64,000 bases of DNA from Anthoceros angustus (lineage: Eukaryota > Plantae > Anthocerotophyta): positions 1 through 64,000 of the forward strand of contig VJWM01000235.1 of NCBI GenBank assembly GCA_010909165.1. Reading direction: 5' to 3'. Position 1 is the stretch's first letter. Each line of letters begins with the position of its first letter. Under the pieces are notes generated by a model. It ran no database searches and was not told where the DNA came from. It saw only the letters and a list, made by a program, of their open reading frames with translations. Shown piece after piece: positions 62,270 to 64,000 of this stretch. A program made the translations under genes and the position numbers.

Positions 62270-63827
62270 TTTGGCTCTACTGAGGCCTGCAACTGGGAGG
62301 GCGCCACGGCTGCCCCGTGGCGCCCTGCCGCTCCCCTCTGGTTCCCTAGTGGTGGAGGAAAGAAAAGGAAAAAAACCAGCATCCTACTGTCACTAGGATA
62401 GGCAGGTTCTTTTCCCCTTCCTCAGCCATCCAGATCACTAGAAGAGAAAAAAAAAAACAGCAAAACCGCAATATGATCGGCACCCCGTCCGGGTACTGAT
62501 CCGCTGGAGGAACGCTAAACATCGGAGTTCTGAGAAGAACTTGGACATTGGCCCCCCCTTCCATCCGACTTGAATTGAATTACAGTCACACTTCTGATAT
62601 CAGAAGGCAGATCCAAAGATGAGCTTAAAACCGGGCCGTTCCCCCCCTCACCCGCTCCCTTCTTGTCGCAGCTTGCAACCCCCCAGCCCGCGCCCTTCTC
62701 TGCCACTATTCTAATGGCCCCCAAACGTGGAATTGTTCCCCAGCGTGTTCTATGCTTGAGGCCCCAGCGTCTTTCTTTGGCCAGGACCTCGAATCGTAGG
62801 AAGGCCAGACCATCTGGCAGAAGGTGCTGTTCGAAGGCTACAATTTCTAGAGCATCTAGGAGAAGACACCGGGCGAAGGACAGAACATGGAAATGTGCCA
62901 CCTTCTATGATTGTCTTCGTCACTGTGTTTGCTCTCCCACCTCCAGCCCTCGAGTGGACTGTGTGGTCCATGGGTTCAGTGAAGACATACCTTGAATTGC
63001 TGGAGGCTTTTTAAAAATTGCTGATGAAGAACCCCTCCATGGCAACCTAATCCTGCAATCTTCCAAACTACCTACCAAGAAGGATTCCTCGGTATCTTCC
63101 GGCCAAACAACATCTCAGAGGTGGCACAATTCTGGGCGCTCCACCTCTCCCCAGCCCCTGGACACCGAATCGCTAAAGGATTTCAGCGCACCACTCTGCG
63201 ATTGGCCTGGAGATTTCATATCACAGGAGCGTCTGCAGAGCCCTCCTCCCGGCCTCCCACGGCGCTCAATTCCCGAGGCAGGGAGGCGCGGGCGCCGAGC
63301 CGCTCTGGCGCACTGTCGGAAGGCAGGCGCGGCGTGGGGATCGTCGCGGGCGCATACACAACGGGCGCCGAGCTTGCGGGAGGCGTCTGCGGGAGGCGCG
63401 GGGCCTGAATTGCAGGTGCGGGCGCCAGATCCGACCAGTGCGCCGCCGGCAGGCGCCCGGCCTGGCCCAGCGGGCGGTCGCGGCGTGGAGGGTCGCGGGG
63501 GCCTGAAGTCCGAGAAGGCAAGGGGCAAGGGGGAGGGTGCAGGTACGGGCGCGGGCGCCGGTGGGGATGGCCGCGTGTCGGCCAAGGGCGAGGAGATTCC
63601 AACGGGCGCGGATGCGCGATGCATGAGGCCGGGATCCCGAGGTTCCCGCCCGCCGTGGGCTCCCGAGCGAACGCAGGCGCGGGCGCCGAGCTTGCGGGAG
63701 GCGCGGGCGCCAGAGGTGCCCGTGGACGGCGGGCCGGCCGATCAACCGTGCCCGTGCACTCAGAAGGGCCCGGCCTCTGCCGTCCTTATTTTTTCCATTC
63801 TTCCGTCTTCCGCAAAACTCAAACGGA

Positions 63828-63883
63828 TGCGCCAGCGGGAATCGAACCCACGACCGCAGCCCCTAGAAAAGGCTGAAGCCACG
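63828..63883 (-). other. tRNA-like 3' half (anticodon arm TCT, T-arm/B-box)
   Basis: AGCCT-TTTCTAG-GGGCT stem-loop, GTGGG-TTCGATT-CCCGC T-arm, TGGCGCA; no 5' acceptor strand or D-arm. Confidence 0.5.
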
Positions 63884-64000
63884 TACCTTACAAAACCAAG
63901 AAGAAAGCCCGGTGAGAGAAACCACAAAGAAAGGAAAAAGAAGAAAGAAGACACAACAAGGGAGAACTCTCACAGGAGAAATTAAGAGCCAGTAAGAGAG

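Noticed and set aside
63828-63883. Functional tRNA gene
   Set aside because: The 5' acceptor strand and D-arm are missing; kept only as tRNA-like.

Overview
Plant nuclear DNA. Short introns (70-120 nt), compact gene spacing, GC-rich CDS and abundant PLS-PPR debris fit a lycophyte such as Selaginella (inference). Left half (1-34 kb): two glycosyltransferase genes (GT37 fucosyltransferase, GT90/CAP10) among decayed elements. These are an F-box pseudogene, three pieces of an OSB-PDF-motif/PPR gene family, a dead MULE-SWIM transposase, a spliced DUF3504/Crypton-like tyrosine-recombinase remnant, and a short-LTR Copia element with non-canonical TA...TA ends and a TTGGA TSD, into which a 5.9-kb CACTA element has inserted. 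Middle (34.7-52 kb): a dense cluster of apparently intact genes: intronless DRM methyltransferase, COX5C, Alba, GET3b/ArsA, DCAF13/SOF1, EMB8-like alpha/beta hydrolase, and a plant multi-pass membrane protein. Right end: an AT-rich F-box gene, a 947-aa orphan ORF, minisatellites, a secreted bulb-lectin-like gene with a tandem pseudogene copy, and the 5' LTR plus PBS of another retroelement carrying a tRNA-like half. All family calls come from motif recognition by eye; no database search was run. Several tandem duplicates differ mostly by small indels, so some frameshifts may be assembly error.
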